Shown here: positions 1 through 12,384 of the stretch, piece by piece
How positions within the stretch are numbered: the first letter of the stretch is position 1
Layout: each line of letters begins with the position of its first letter
Assembly (NCBI GenBank): GCA_964016885.1
Contig: OZ024740.1
Span: forward strand, 164,362,001-164,426,000
Origin: Eledone cirrhosa
Lineage: Eukaryota
DNA: 64,000 bases
Direction of reading: 5' to 3'
Translations under genes and position numbers: made by a program
The notes under the pieces: generated by a model
Databases searched by the model: none
The model's input: only the letters and a program-made list of their open reading frames with translations
What the model was told of the DNA's origin: nothing

Positions 1-700
1 ATGTAAGTACGTGCGTATGTATGTATGTATGTATGTGTGTATCTGTGTATGTATGTATGTATGTATGTATATGTGTGTGTGTTATCTGTGTATGTATGTA
101 CGTATGTATGTAAGTACGTATGTATGTATGTATCTGTGTGTGTATATATATGTATATATGTGTGTATGTATGTGTCTATGTATGTGTGGATGTATGTATG
201 TGTGTATGTATGTATGTATGTGTGTATGTATGAATATGTATGTACGTATGTATGTGTCTATGTATGTATGTGTGGATGTATGTATGTGTGTGCGGATGTA
301 TATGTATGGGTCTTTCTATGTATGCATTTATGTACGTGTGAATATGTGTATGTACGTATGTATGTATGTATGTATGTTTATATATATGTATGTGTGCATG
401 TATGTATGTATGTATGTATGTATGTATGTATGTATGTATGTATGTATGTATGTATGTATGTATGTGTATATGCATGTATGTATAAACATCTATGCATGAA
501 TGAAACTTTGTATGTATGTGTGTATGTATCTATGTATGTATTTATGTATGTATGTGTGTATATATGTATGCTAATAAGTGTATACATGTATCTATGTATG
601 TACGTATGAATGCATGAATGTATGCAATCATGTATGTATGCCTTCTGCGTATGTATGTCTGCATGCATGCGCATATTTATGTGTTTATGTATGTGTGTGT
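1..700. repeat. Degenerate (TATG)n microsatellite
   Basis: Imperfect TATG units throughout, perfect run at ~398-463; explains the MYVC/HTYI ORFs. Confidence 0.95.
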
Positions 701-831
701 ATAATTTTACAAATAAATACATTCACAAACACGTATATCCGTTCACAGATATGCTCGCACATACACACACTCTTAAATATACATATTCATATATATTTAC
801 ACTCGTACCTTCCAACTCATCTACTTATCTG

Positions 832-833
<2 letters not shown>

Positions 834-918
<85 letters not shown>
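834..918. repeat. (CA)n microsatellite
   Basis: Uninterrupted CA run. Confidence 0.97.
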
Positions 919-924
<6 letters not shown>

Positions 925-1462
925 ATACACATATCTATGTGTGGCTGTGTGTTTGTGCATTTATAATAGAAAGTGAAAGACAAATAAAGAGATAACAGTG
1001 AGAGGAGAGAGAAAGAAAGAGATTCTGTAAAAGCCGTGTATATATGAATGCATGTATGTATGTTAAGGCATATGTATTTAAGTATTATAAATGTACAAAA
1101 TATGTATTCAGGTTTTCGCTTTTGGCAAATTATCTATTCTAGCAGAAATACCGTTCCAATATTACATCCGTTAGGCAGCGCGAAAAACCTGTTGATATAT
1201 CATATAGGAGGTGATACAATTCACCAATCATCTGTTACACTTTTGACACGGCTAACAGATCAATCTTCCACCATCTTGGCCAAATGGAATAAATATGAAA
1301 AATTGAATGCTTCGTTCGGACATGGAACGTAAAGAAAGATTTTTCTCTTAATGTCACTGTCTTCATTTAATCAAATCGAAATTCTTCCAAAATCAACATG
1401 ACAAATGTATTAAGTTGATGATTCATCGTTCGAATTTCTACGTTTCTTTATTTTTAAATTAC

Positions 1463-1488
1463 TCCTCCTCCCCCTCCTCCTCCTCATC

Positions 1489-1574
<86 letters not shown>
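1463..1574. repeat. Compound (CCT)n-(ACT)n-(AAT)n microsatellite; the AAT part is the tail/target of Tx1 copy A
   Basis: Read directly; abuts the LINE 3' end (AATAAA on the minus strand at 1582-1587). Confidence 0.9.
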
Positions 1575-1576
<2 letters not shown>

Positions 1577-1850
1577 TTTCGTTTATTGGCCACAAGGGCC
1601 GACATATACGGGACAATACAAAAGACTGGGACAGTGGGGTTTTACAGAAAAATCGAGTAAACAATATGAATAACAATAACAAAGTAACAATATAAAGTAA
1701 CCATAAAGTAACAAGAAAATTACAAGAAAAAATTCCCCAATAGGGGGGATGACCACCCAGGGTTCGCTCAGGTACCCCATCAATCCTGAACGACCCGACC
1801 CTTCGAGAACACCCTGGAAGGGCACCCCTCTCCTTCTCAAATTTACCCAC

Positions 1851-4800
1851 CTACAGCCGCATGACCAGAGTAGGCCCATTCACACGGGCCATTCTCGCCA
1901 CATTCACCCATCTTTCAGCAAATGTACTGGGGCGGGGGAGCACTTCTCTATCCACCCTCACCTTTCTTTCCAAGTGAAACTTGAAAAAGTTGATGAGGGA
2001 TTGGCCGAAGAGAAAAGTGTCTGCCACCAGACAGAGGAAAATTGCCTGCCCTTCCTGGCCAAAAGAAGGCGGCGGGTTGATCTTCACTATGGACTCGGCC
2101 GATAGCCGGATCCGTTCTACACGCTACAACAGCTGTTCAAAATAACTCCACAAGTCAGTAATGCACGGACACTGGACGAGTGCGTGCAGAACGGTTTCGT
2201 CGCTCTGCGCGCATCTCGGGCAGGTCCGTCTGACAGCACTTCCATGCCTGTAGAGTTTATCTCAAACCGGCAGTGACCCCGGTAGCACTGCCAAGCAAGG
2301 GATTTTTGGAAATTATCCATCGTCCCCGGCTCGAAAGTACTCCAGTACAGACTGGTTAGTTCGACTTCGTTGACTCCCAGAGCCTCTCCGAGTGCGTCGT
2401 CGCACTTGCCCACCATTAATCCTCTATAGAACTCGAGAGTGGAAGTTCCACTGACCTCATTGCCCGCCTGGTAGAGGGCAGTGAGTGCCTGGCAACATTC
2501 CAGATGCCAGTCACCCAGTTTCGGTCTCTTCTTGACCCAGGACTGCAGCTCAGTCAAAGAAACGAGCTGCGGAAAGACCCGTCTGACAAACGGCGACGAC
2601 ACCTGGTCACCGTTTAGGCAGAATATCTGGAGATGCCGCAGCCTCAGCGCGTGCCTGCGCATCAATAGCCACGGCATGCCCAGCCCTCCACGTAGAGGGT
2701 GCTGGCAGCAGATGGGCCGCCTCACTAGCGGAACCTGACCCCTCCACAAGAATTTGAAGAGGAGCCGCTTTAAGATGGCGAGGCGCGAATGGTGTTAAGG
2801 GACGCGATGTACGCATTCGCCACCTCCGCCCGACCTTTCAGTGATAGCTTCATCCCAGCCTATTTCTGGGTGAGACTGGCTACCCTGCCCGTCACCTCGT
2901 CCCAATTCTTATCCACCTGGAGGTCTCGCTCGAATCAGACCCCGAGCAACTTTACTGGTCCGTCCGTCCAGCGTCTAACGACGGTGTTGGACGGCATGGC
3001 CTTGCCTCTCCAGGTGCCGAGTTTTAAGCCCACCGACTTTTCCGGGTTAAGTTTTGCTCCCGTCAACCTTTCATATTCCTCCAATAAGTTGCCGACCACC
3101 TCGATTTCTGAGGTGTCCGACACCATCACGGTGATGTCGTCCGCATAAGCCGACACAGCCTTTCCGCGTCCCGGTTCGAGTGAGATGCCCTGCAACAGCT
3201 CCAGCTTCCGCAGTAAAGGCTCGAGAGTCAATACGTACAGAAGGGAGGAGAGAGGGCACCCTTGACGGACCGATCGGGAGACGTGAAACGGTTCCGAGAG
3301 GTGGCCATTAATTTTGACCATCGAGCAGGTGCCGCTGTGCATTGCAGCGATCCAGCTTCTGAAGACGGGGCCGACCCTATCGAATGCTTTCGATTGATCT
3401 AAATTGATCAGAGCCTCACCGAAGCCAGGTTTACACCCTACCCTCTCTATGATTTATCGCATTAGGTGGAGGTTGTCGTGTATGGACCTGGTTGGGATTC
3501 GCAAGTTTGCTCCTCCCCAACCCAATTCCCGACGACAAGCACCAATCTCTTCGCTAACACCCTGGCCAAAATCTTAAACTCTGTGTTGAACAGAGTTATG
3601 GGCCTGAAATTGTCTAATGTGTTTCTTGTTCTCGTCTTTCCTAATCAGCGTCACTACGCCCCGGCTCACAGAACTGGGAATACTCCCGTTTTGCTGCCAG
3701 TTGCAGTAGAGGGCTTCGAGGAGATTGGAGAACAAGTCTGGCATATTTACGTAAAGCTCGTAGGGCAGACCATCCAAACCGGGTGACTTGCGCCACATAC
3801 AGCCGACAAGGGCATCCTGAATCTCGGCTGAAGTAATTGGCCTTTCACAACGCCCAGCGTTAGCCGTCGAGAGTTGCGGCAAGCCATCGAGCTAGGGACT
3901 GAAGTCCGCCACCATCTCTGACCGGCCACTTCCCCCGAACAACCGAGCAAAATGTTGGCGAAAGGCCTCGCACATCCGCTTGGAATCGCTCAGCTCGTGT
4001 CCGTCTCGGTCCGTCAAAGACCGAATCGTGGTTTTATTACCACGCTGCGCCTCTGCCACGCGGGCCCATCGAACAGCTTTGGTTCCCTCGTTTCTCAGAG
4101 CACGCGCCTTAGCTCTGACAATGCAACCTTCGTGTTTCGCTTGAAGAAATGGTCTAATGCCATTCTCGCCGTTAGCACGTCAGTTGCAATGCCACTACCA
4201 ATAGCCTCGTCTAACTTATCTACCAACTCTCCCTCCTTTCTATTTTTCTCTAACGCTACTTCTTTGCTAAACTCTATCGACATTACTCTAATCTCTCTTT
4301 TGAGAGACCCCCACCATCTATTGTTGACGACTCCCCCTGTCAACTTTTTATTAACTAAATTGTTGACCTGGTCCATGTAAGCCTTACGTGCCGGAAATGA
4401 CATGTTTAGCTTCCAGTAACCAGGCCCTAACCTACGCGTCTTATCTAGGTCGACCATACAGATCACAAACTTGTGATCTGAATAGGCGACCGTTTCAAAA
4501 CGTGGACAGCTTACACTATTTATGTCTATTTTCCTAATGAATATCCTCTCTATATACGATTTAGATGACCCCTGAGGTTAGTTCAGGTCCACACTGGCGC
4601 ATTAGGGAAATCTAACTGGCTGATCAGATTCTTGAGGCTTTTGCACCCGCCGCTCCTATCAGATACTCCCACACAGTCCCAGGGTACGTCTAAGATGCCG
4701 TTCCAGTCCCCCGCTAACAGTAAAGGGCGAGACGTACCCAGAAAGGCTTCCAGGCGTCCTGCCCCAGTAGGAGTATAGACGGCCACCAGTCTAAAAGCAC

Positions 4801-5096
4801 CACCTTCGTTATTGTTCACGTCCAGGACCACCAACTTCCCGTCCGGGTCCCGGAAGATCGACCTTACCTCGAGATCCAGGCCTTTCCTAAACAGAACTGA
4901 CACCCCGTCTCCCATTCCCGGTCGGCTAACAGATGCAAAGATCTGATAGTCGTCGAAAATGGGGGCTAGTGCGCGCGTGTCGCAAATCCTGGTCTCGCTG
5001 ACGGCAATTACATCCATTTCTAGAGACCTGAGGTCGTTGCTTCCAGGACGATCGCAGGCCTCGAACATTTAAACATCCTACTCTTAATACGGCCAT
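1851..5096 (-). pseudogene. Tx1 copy A ORF2 (APE endonuclease-RT), multiple frameshifts and stops
   Basis: ATG at 5096 gives MAVLRVGCLNVRGL (cf. MTSLRIGSINARGL). Pieces at 4583-5068, 4095-4466, 3574-3882, 2935-3342, 2117-2749 and 1851-2087 are collinear with the intact ORF2. Confidence 0.9.
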
Positions 5097-5128
5097 GTTG
5101 ACAGGTTAAAAAGAGAGAGAGGAAAGGT

Positions 5129-7078
5129 TTACTTACCTTCCGGGCTCTTGTGAAGGTCGGGTTGTTCGACCTCCATAGTTGGTGGGGTTTCTTTTGGGAA
5201 CCCCTTTAAAAGTCTTGAAGTGGGTTTTACGTTCGGGGTTCCCACGTCCCGAGGAAAGCTGTCTCGTATTTCTTTGTATAAATCGAGCAACATTCGCACC
5301 AGAACCAAATCTTCCTCACGCAAAATGTGCTCGATTTAAAAATGTTCCCCTCTTTTTATATATTTTCACTTCGTGCTACGAGGGCCATCAGTTCCTTGTT
5401 GGCTCTCCCGACGAGCACGAAGTTTTGTATGTTTTGTTGGTGTGATTTTATTTGTTTGCGTGGCTGTGGTGGTGATGGTTTTGGTGGTGTTGTTTCGGTT
5501 GTATCTGTGTTTGTTGTGAGTGCGGTGGCTGTGGTTTCAGATGTTTGTGTGTATATTTGTTCTTGCGTCTGTTTAGGTTGTTTGCGTTTGGGGATCTGGT
5601 GATGGTGATGGTGGTGTTGATGTTGGTGTTATTGGAGAGATGTTTGCGTGGGTGGTGTCTGCGTTTATTATTGTGGGTTATTTTGTGCTTTGTTGATTTT
5701 TTTTTTCTTTTTGTGTTTCCTTTTTTGTATTTTGGGGGATTTTGGTTTTCCCTCATCTTCGCTACTGGTAGATGAGGGGTCTGTGTCTGTAAGTATGTCT
5801 GTGTGTATGTTTATGGTTTTATTGGTGTGTGTATTTTTTTTTGGGGGGGGGGGGATTTGACAGCATTCCTCGTTTCCCCTCTGGATGGTCAATGTTGGTG
5901 GTGGTCTTTCTATTGGTGTTGTTCTTGGTGGTTTTGCCGGTGCTGGTGTTGGTTGTGGTCATCGCCCCGGCGTCGGCAGCAGTGGACCTTTCAGCAGTTG
6001 AGGGCAGAAGGCTCGCAAATGGGTTTTTTCCCCACAAACAAAACACTGAGGCCTTTTGCCTTCGGTCATAATGTTAATGACCGTCCCATTCTGAAGGCGG
6101 ATGTGGTCCGGGATTGTCTTCATATTCTCGCGCCTGATCTGGAGAAGGATCTCCAGATCAGCCCCGGACCAGTCCTCTCTGGCCGTTTTGGTCACTTCTA
6201 TAGGGACGGTATCCGTCCCCTCCACAATCCCACATCCCAGAAGCCACCACATATCAAGTCCTGGTGGGATTCTGGGAATACGGGGACGGGCCGTTCTTTT
6301 TCCCATGTGGGAGGGGTAGATTATGACCTTGGTGATTTTGCAATGAGTCATAGCGTGTTTCATAGCGAGGGCTTCTGACTTGAACAACACCGAAATGGTG
6401 CCGTACTGTCTGCCCCTCTCTATGTATTCGGTGTCTTCTCTGATGCACCTCAGCGCGACTTCGACATCTGCTTGTGGGATTAAAGCTGCCCTTTTGGTTT
6501 GTGCTGAGATGCATCTATAATGCACTGTTCTGCGCTCCACTGCCTCAATAGCTTCTACCGGGACAGTTAAGTTGGGACAGGTTTGCTCTTGCTTGATGAG
6601 CTTCCATGCCTGGGCCAACTTTTCATTTTTGTTTGAGAGGTCCATGTTGAAGCATGGCCTCTTTTTTGCTGCTGCCGCAACGAAAGTGTTCTTCTTGTTT
6701 TCGTTCGGGGTGTTGTTATTGTTGGTGTTGTTATCACTGTCGCTGTTATCATTGTTGTCTTTTTTGCCACCGTTATTCTCGGTGCAGTTGGTATTGTTGC
6801 TGTTGGTGTTGTCGCTATTTGTTTTCATGTTAGTGGTGTTGATATTGTTGTTGCCTTTGTTATATTTTTTTTTTGTTATCTGTATTTTCGTTGTCGCTGT
6901 TACTGTCATTTTTTTCAAAATTAGAGTTCTCATTGGTATCATTGGTGTCTTTGTTTACATTGTTTGTGATTGTGTTTGTGTTATCAATTTGTGTTAATTT
7001 CGCTGTAGCGCTCCTCTCAACTTCTACGCCGTTGTCGCACGACAGCAGACATATCTCTGGGTGGCGTGGCTCATCCAT
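5129..7078 (-). pseudogene. Tx1 copy A ORF1 (gag-like, single CCHC knuckle), frameshifted
   Basis: ORF 5959-6942 aligns with ORF1 of copies C/D (RGRQYGTISVLF, EGKRPQCFVCGEKTHLRAFC); C-terminal FPRDVG block at 5129-5323. Confidence 0.8.
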
Positions 7079-7302
7079 GTTTTTTTGGGGGTTTTTTTCT
7101 TCGTAAATTTTTTAAAATGTAAAAAAAGTTAAAATATTTGGGCCAAAAGGCCCAAATATTATTCTTTCCCCTTCACAGGGCAAAGTCCAAGGGCTTGTAT
7201 ACCTTACACAGCAACAAAAATTCAAAAAATCAGTTTTGATAGGTAAATAAGTGAACTTACGAGAGCGAGCAAAAAGACGTCCTTTCAGACTCAATAATAA
7301 TA

Positions 7303-7488
7303 ATTGTTTCTACTTTAGACACAAGGCCAGCAATTACTCCAGTGTATTACTGGTACTTTATTTTATCAACCCCGTAAGGATGAAAGGCAAAGTAAACCTC
7401 GGCGGGATTTGATCTCGGAACATAAAGGAACATAACTCTTTGCTACAAAGCATGGCGTCAGACCCTCTACTGATACTGCCAATCCACC
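7303..7488 (-). mobile_element. tRNA-derived SINE (octopus-type), full length, inside (ATT)n
   Basis: Minus strand: A-box-like TGGCAGTATCAG, B-box-like GATCAAATCC, body CTTTGCCTTTCATCC, tail GCCTTGTGTCTAAAGTAGAAACAATTATT. Many more copies in the window. Confidence 0.85.
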
Positions 7489-7573
<85 letters not shown>

Positions 7574-7574
<1 letters not shown>

Positions 7575-10040
7575 CAGTATAAACAGAACCGCATGTTCGA
7601 CAACAACCAGAAGATGCTGTTTGGGCAGCTTGAGGGGAAAGAAAGAGGCAACGACTTGATCCCTGGGGCGGAGCAAACTAAAACATTCTGGAGAGGAATA
7701 TGGGAGCAGGATGTTAGACATAATGTCCAGGCAGGGTGGATTGAGACAGTACAGAGGGAGATCGGTGAGCAGGCACAACAACAGACTGATTTGAGTATCA
7801 CAGTTGAAACTCTTAAGGAGCAGGCCAAAAAACTAACCAACTGGAGATCACCAGGCCCAGATGGTGTGCAGGGGTATTGGATTAAACATTTAACATCCCT
7901 CCACCCGAAGCTGACGGCCATGTTCAATGACTGCTTGGTGTCGGGTGAGGTGCCAGAGTGGTTGACAAAAGGTACCACAGTTCTGATAATGAAAGACCGA
8001 ATCAAGGGTAATGATGTTACCAACTATAGACCTATCACATGTCTGTCCGTAATGTGGAAACTGTTGACGAGCATTGTGTCTGAGGAAATCTACCATCACC
8101 TCCACACAAACAACTTGTTACCGGACGAACAGAAAGGATGCCGAAAGAAGTCACGTGGTACAACAGACCAGTTACTTATTGATAAGATGGTAATGGGGAA
8201 TTGCAGGAGGAGACACACTGATCTTGCCATGGGATGGATAGACTACAGAAAGGCATTTGACATGGTGCCTCATTCTTGGATCACCAAAAGCCTGGAGATC
8301 TTCAGGGTGGCAGATAACATCAGACAGTTGCTGGGCAGGAGTATGGGGTCCTGGGAGACAGAGTTGACATCAACTGGAGTATCCTTGGGAAGCGTGAAGA
8401 TCAAGAGAGGTATCTTCCAGGGAGATAGCCTGTCCCCTCTGTTGTTTGTCCTTGCCCTGATGCCCTTGACCATCATGCTGCGAAAAGTGAGAGCAGGATA
8501 CAAGTTGGGAAGGGGAGAGCTTACCATCAATCACCTCCTCTTCATGGACGATCTTAAGCTCTTCGGGAAAAGTGAGAAGGAGTTGGATGTGCTTGTTGAC
8601 ACTGTCCGTATTTTCAGCAGTGATATATGTATGCAGTTTGGTATTGGTAAATGTGGAGTCATTGTGATGAGGAGGGGTAGGTTGAGCAGAAGTAACGGGA
8701 TCCAGATACCAACAGGTGAGATGATAAAGGAAATTGACTCTGAGGAAGGATACAAGTATTTGGGCGTTCTGGAGGCTGATGGCATAAAGAACAAAAAAAT
8801 GAAGGAATTGTTAAGAACTGAATACATTCGGAGAGTAAGGAGCGTATTGAAGTCACATCTGAACAGCAGAAATGCCATAAGCGCAGTAAATTCCCGAGCT
8901 GTGTCTATTATTAGGTACAGTGCGGGAATTCTGAGATGGAATGTTGCTGAACAAAAAGAAATGGATAGGAAGACTAGGAAGCTATTGACTATCTACAACA
9001 TGTTCCACAAGAGGAGTGATGTCGATAGACTCTACCTAAGGAGATCTGAGGGGGGAAGAGGTCTTATCAGCATAGAGGACTGTGTTCAGATGGAGAAAAA
9101 CAACCTATACAAATACGTGACCTATAGTAAGGAGCCAATGCTCAGAGCTGTACTGAAGGAGGGGACAGTAGGCCAGGGGATGTCCAAGGAGGAAATAACA
9201 TCAAGGAGGAAGAGCAGCCTTAAGGGAAAATCCCTTCATAGTAACTTCTTTGAGAAAACTGAATTTAGAGATCCACAGACATGGAACTGGTTGAGAAGAG
9301 GAGACCTCAAAATGCTAATGGCTGCGCAGGAGCAGGCCCTCAAAACGAAGTGGTTGAAGCACCATATTTACAAGGAGGAGGCTAGTCCACTGTGCAGGAT
9401 CTGTGGAGAGAGAGAGGAGACTGTGGCTCACATTGTGTCCGAGTGTAAACACCTAGCCCAGACCCACTATAAGGGCTGGAGACACGATGTGATGGGCAGG
9501 GTGATCCACTGGCACCTGTGCAAAGTAAACAATTTACCACATTCTGAGAAATGGTATGAGCATAGGCCAGAGGCGGTGATGGAGAACAATCAGGTGAAGG
9601 TGCTGTGGGATTTTAGGATACAGACGGACAAAAAACTGGAACACAATAGACCTGACCTGGTGGTTGTGGACAAAGAAAAAAGATCGTGTCTGATTGTGGA
9701 TGTGGCCTGCCCGTTCGACACGAGAGTGCAAGAGAAGGAGAGGGAGAAAATTAACCGATACCAGGACCTAAAGTGGGAGGTGAAAAGGATTTGGAACTGC
9801 CATGAAGTCAAAGTGATCCCGATTGTCATAGGCGCACTGGGGACTATCTCCAAAAGTTTCCAGGGATGGTTAAAGAAAATCGGCCCCTTCACGCTTTTTG
9901 GAACGCTTCAAAAGGCATGCTTGCTTGGAACAGCAAGAACCCTCCGATACGTCCTGAATATCTGAGGCTGCAGGTAGTGGCTTGATATTCAATCCAACGG
10001 ACTTTCCAGTTAACCAACATCAACGACTGAGATTCAAGGA
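7574..10040 (+). mobile_element. R4/Dong-clade RLE LINE copy 1, 5'-truncated, in (AAT)n
   Basis: RT (QGDSLSP, FMDD), CCHC (CRICGEREETVAHIVSEC), RLE PD..D motif (RPDLVVVD...IVDVACP); AAT tracts at 7489-7574 and 10040-10087. Confidence 0.92.
7575..9965 (+). CDS. Dong-like RT-RLE ORF, open but lacking its N-terminus
   Basis: Part of ORF 7440..9965; nearly identical to copy 2 except a 15-nt in-frame deletion (KATEG) near 9311. Confidence 0.8.
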   Translation, partial: QYKQNRMFDNNQKMLFGQLEGKERGNDLIPGAEQTKTFWRGIWEQDVRHNVQAGWIETVQREIGEQAQQQTDLSITVETLKEQAKKLTNWRSPGPDGVQGYWIKHLTSLHPKLTAMFNDCLVSGEVPEWLTKGTTVLIMKDRIKGNDVTNYRPITCLSVMWKLLTSIVSEEIYHHLHTNNLLPDEQKGCRKKSRGTTDQLLIDKMVMGNCRRRHTDLAMGWIDYRKAFDMVPHSWITKSLEIFRVADNIRQLLGRSMGSWETELTSTGVSLGSVKIKRGIFQGDSLSPLLFVLALMPLTIMLRKVRAGYKLGRGELTINHLLFMDDLKLFGKSEKELDVLVDTVRIFSSDICMQFGIGKCGVIVMRRGRLSRSNGIQIPTGEMIKEIDSEEGYKYLGVLEADGIKNKKMKELLRTEYIRRVRSVLKSHLNSRNAISAVNSRAVSIIRYSAGILRWNVAEQKEMDRKTRKLLTIYNMFHKRSDVDRLYLRRSEGGRGLISIEDCVQMEKNNLYKYVTYSKEPMLRAVLKEGTVGQGMSKEEITSRRKSSLKGKSLHSNFFEKTEFRDPQTWNWLRRGDLKMLMAAQEQALKTKWLKHHIYKEEASPLCRICGEREETVAHIVSECKHLAQTHYKGWRHDVMGRVIHWHLCKVNNLPHSEKWYEHRPEAVMENNQVKVLWDFRIQTDKKLEHNRPDLVVVDKEKRSCLIVDVACPFDTRVQEKEREKINRYQDLKWEVKRIWNCHEVKVIPIVIGALGTISKSFQGWLKKIGPFTLFGTLQKACLLGTARTLRYVLNI

Positions 10041-10085
10041 ATAACAACAATAATAATAATAATAATAATGATAATAATAATAATA

Positions 10086-10222
10086 ATTGTTTCTACTTTA
10101 GGCACAAGGCCAGCAATTACCCAGTGCATTACTGATACTTTATTTTATCGACCCCGTAAGGATGAAAGGCAAAGTCAACCTCGGCAGGATTTGAACTCAG
10201 ACCAGAAAGGGACGTAATTATG
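10086..10222 (-). mobile_element. SINE copy, 5'-truncated, tail-to-tail with Dong copy 1
   Basis: Same tail and body as 7303-7488. Confidence 0.85.
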
Positions 10223-10228
10223 CTGGAA

Positions 10229-10687
10229 ATTTTCTTATCTAGGCACAAAGCCAGCAATGTTTCTGATCTCAGAGGCTCAATATATCGCATAGGATTCTGG
10301 CAGTGCTAGTGATGGTAGAGATTTGGACATTGCTTATGAAGATGGGGATCGCAAGCCTTTTGATGAATGACGTAGGATGTTTAGGGATAGTGATTAGTGC
10401 CCCAATGACGATTGACACGACTTGTCTCTACATGGTGATTAGTTCTAATAACGCCTACAATATCTGCATATTATTGAACTTTTCCATTTCATTTTCAACC
10501 ACATCGTGGTCTTGAGGGATCGCAATAACAAATAGAGTTCCTTTTGGGGGAGTTTTTTTATAACAATATCAGAGAGGTTGTATTCGACTTTGTATTCTCA
10601 ATACAACAGAACAAACACCACCAAAAACCACACTGCACATACCCTAGGCGCACATATTTGCTCTCGGTAATGCAGTGCTAATGCGCA
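10229..10687 (-). mobile_element. Older, divergent R4/Dong-like RLE LINE 3' fragment
   Basis: Manual minus-strand translation across frameshifts: EYNLSDIVIK / IAIPQDHDVVENEMEKFN / VVSIVIGALITIPKH / STARILCDILSL* (stop 10269-10271), collinear with the Dong RLE C-terminus. Homology is clear to ~10600; the 5' boundary is uncertain. Confidence 0.75.
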
Positions 10688-10735
10688 AAATAATAATAAT
10701 AATAATAATAATAATAGTAATTTTAGCATAACAAT

Positions 10736-11125
10736 GTTTTCTTTATTAACCACAAGGGCCGACATAAAGTATAACATTAAGGACAGCACAGGACGGTACA
10801 AATGGGCATTTATGCGTGTAAAGGAAAAAACAGGAAAAATTAAAAATAAAAGAAACAAAGGAACATTTCCCAATAGGGGGGAAGCTTCCGAGGGACACTC
10901 GTGGAGAAAGCCCATTAAAAAAGCCACGGTAACACTGACCACCAGTGCAAGTGCCCTCTCCCAGTTTTCCATCTTCAATTTACAGGCGCATACTCAGAGC
11001 AAGTCCATTCACTCGGGCCATGCTTGCCTCTCTCACCCATCTTTCAACAAAATGCTGGGAAGAGAGCACTTCCTTCTCTACCCTGATTTTCCTTTTCAAA
11101 TGAAATTTGAAAAAGGTAACCAGGG
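10736..11125 (-). mobile_element. Tx1 copy B, 3' stub (~390 bp)
   Basis: Matches the ORF2 C-terminus and 3'UTR of copies C/D; AATAAA followed by an ATT-rich tail. Confidence 0.9.
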
Positions 11126-11129
11126 AAAA

Positions 11130-11935
11130 ACAATGAGAACAAACAAACTAAAAAGTAACAACATTTTAAGTAATAACGAATAATATAGGACTGATGATAA
11201 ATACAACGACTATGATGACCATACTGGTGCTTATGATGATGACGACGACAGGGATAACGATGTTGTTGTTGATGTTAAGGATAGTGATGTTGTGTATAAT
11301 CATGATCGTAATGATTATGATGGTGGTGGTGGTGGTGTTGGTGGTGGTGGTGGTGGTGATAATGATGTCGATAACGATGATGATGAACTTGATGCTGATG
11401 ATGATGATGATGAGGAAAATAGTAATGATGGTCATGTTGGTGGTTATGGTGACCATGATGAGGATCATGATGATGATGATCGTGATTATGATTAGGATGA
11501 TCTTTGAAAATACGAAATGGAAGAAGGATAACAAAGACGAAGGCAATGACGAATTGAATACCAAGCAACACAATCAAAATATAGAAAGCAAATAATTTCC
11601 ACAACATCACCAACAACATCAATACCATCATGGTCACCACTCCTATAAATACCAACACAAAATGCATCGCAGTAACATATAATACCAATAAAAATAACAA
11701 CAAAATCGAAGTTTAATAATAACAACAACAAAAATAACAACAACAAAACATCAACATCAACATCAATAACAACAACAACATAACACCATCATCATCAACG
11801 ACAAGAACAATATCAACAGCAACAATATCTAAAACAACAGCAACAACAACAATATCGCCTACTACAATAACAACAGCAACTATATCATAAAGAAGAAGAA
11901 GAAGAAGAAGAAGAAGAAAGAAAAGAAAGAAGAAA

Positions 11936-11977
<42 letters not shown>

Positions 11978-12000
11978 GAATAATAATAATAATAATAATA
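11130..12000. repeat. Degenerate trinucleotide tract (ATG/GTG/AAC/AAG/AGT/AAT)
   Basis: Low-complexity triplet runs. Confidence 0.85.
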
Positions 12001-12042
12001 ATTGTTTCTACTTTAGACACAAGGCCAGCAATTACCCAGTAC
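12001..12042 (-). mobile_element. 42-bp SINE 3' tip inside (AAT)n
   Basis: ATTGTTTCTACTTTAGACACAAGGCCAGCAATTACCCAGTAC with AAT runs on both sides. Confidence 0.8.
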
Positions 12043-12124
<82 letters not shown>

Positions 12125-12384
12125 TTTCTTTATTAACCACAAGGGTTTACATAAAGTAGACATTAAGGACAGTGCAGGACAATGCAGGACGGTACAAATG
12201 GGCATTTCTGCGTGTAAAAAAACAAAAACAGAGGATGTAACAAAAATAACAATGAAAATAACAATGAAAAATTCCCCAATAGGGGGGAGACTTCGGAGGG
12301 ACATTTGTGGAGAAAGCCCAGTAAAAAGCCACAATGACCCTGACCACCAAGGCAAGTGCCCTCTCCCAGTTTTCCACCTTTAGT

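Larger units (their letters stand above)
1575..7292 (-). mobile_element. L1/Tx1-clade LINE copy A, near full length, decayed
   Basis: Fragmented ORFs match ORF1 and ORF2 of the intact copies (APE GDWN, RT QGCPLS/YADD, ORF1 CFVCGEKTHLRAFC knuckle). Ends AATAAA-(ATT)n; 5' end abuts (ATT)n. Confidence 0.92.

Noticed and set aside
1-976. Long MYVC/HTYI ORFs, and similar IY, HT, RE, poly-I/L/V ORFs across the window
   Set aside because: Translations of stop-free microsatellites.
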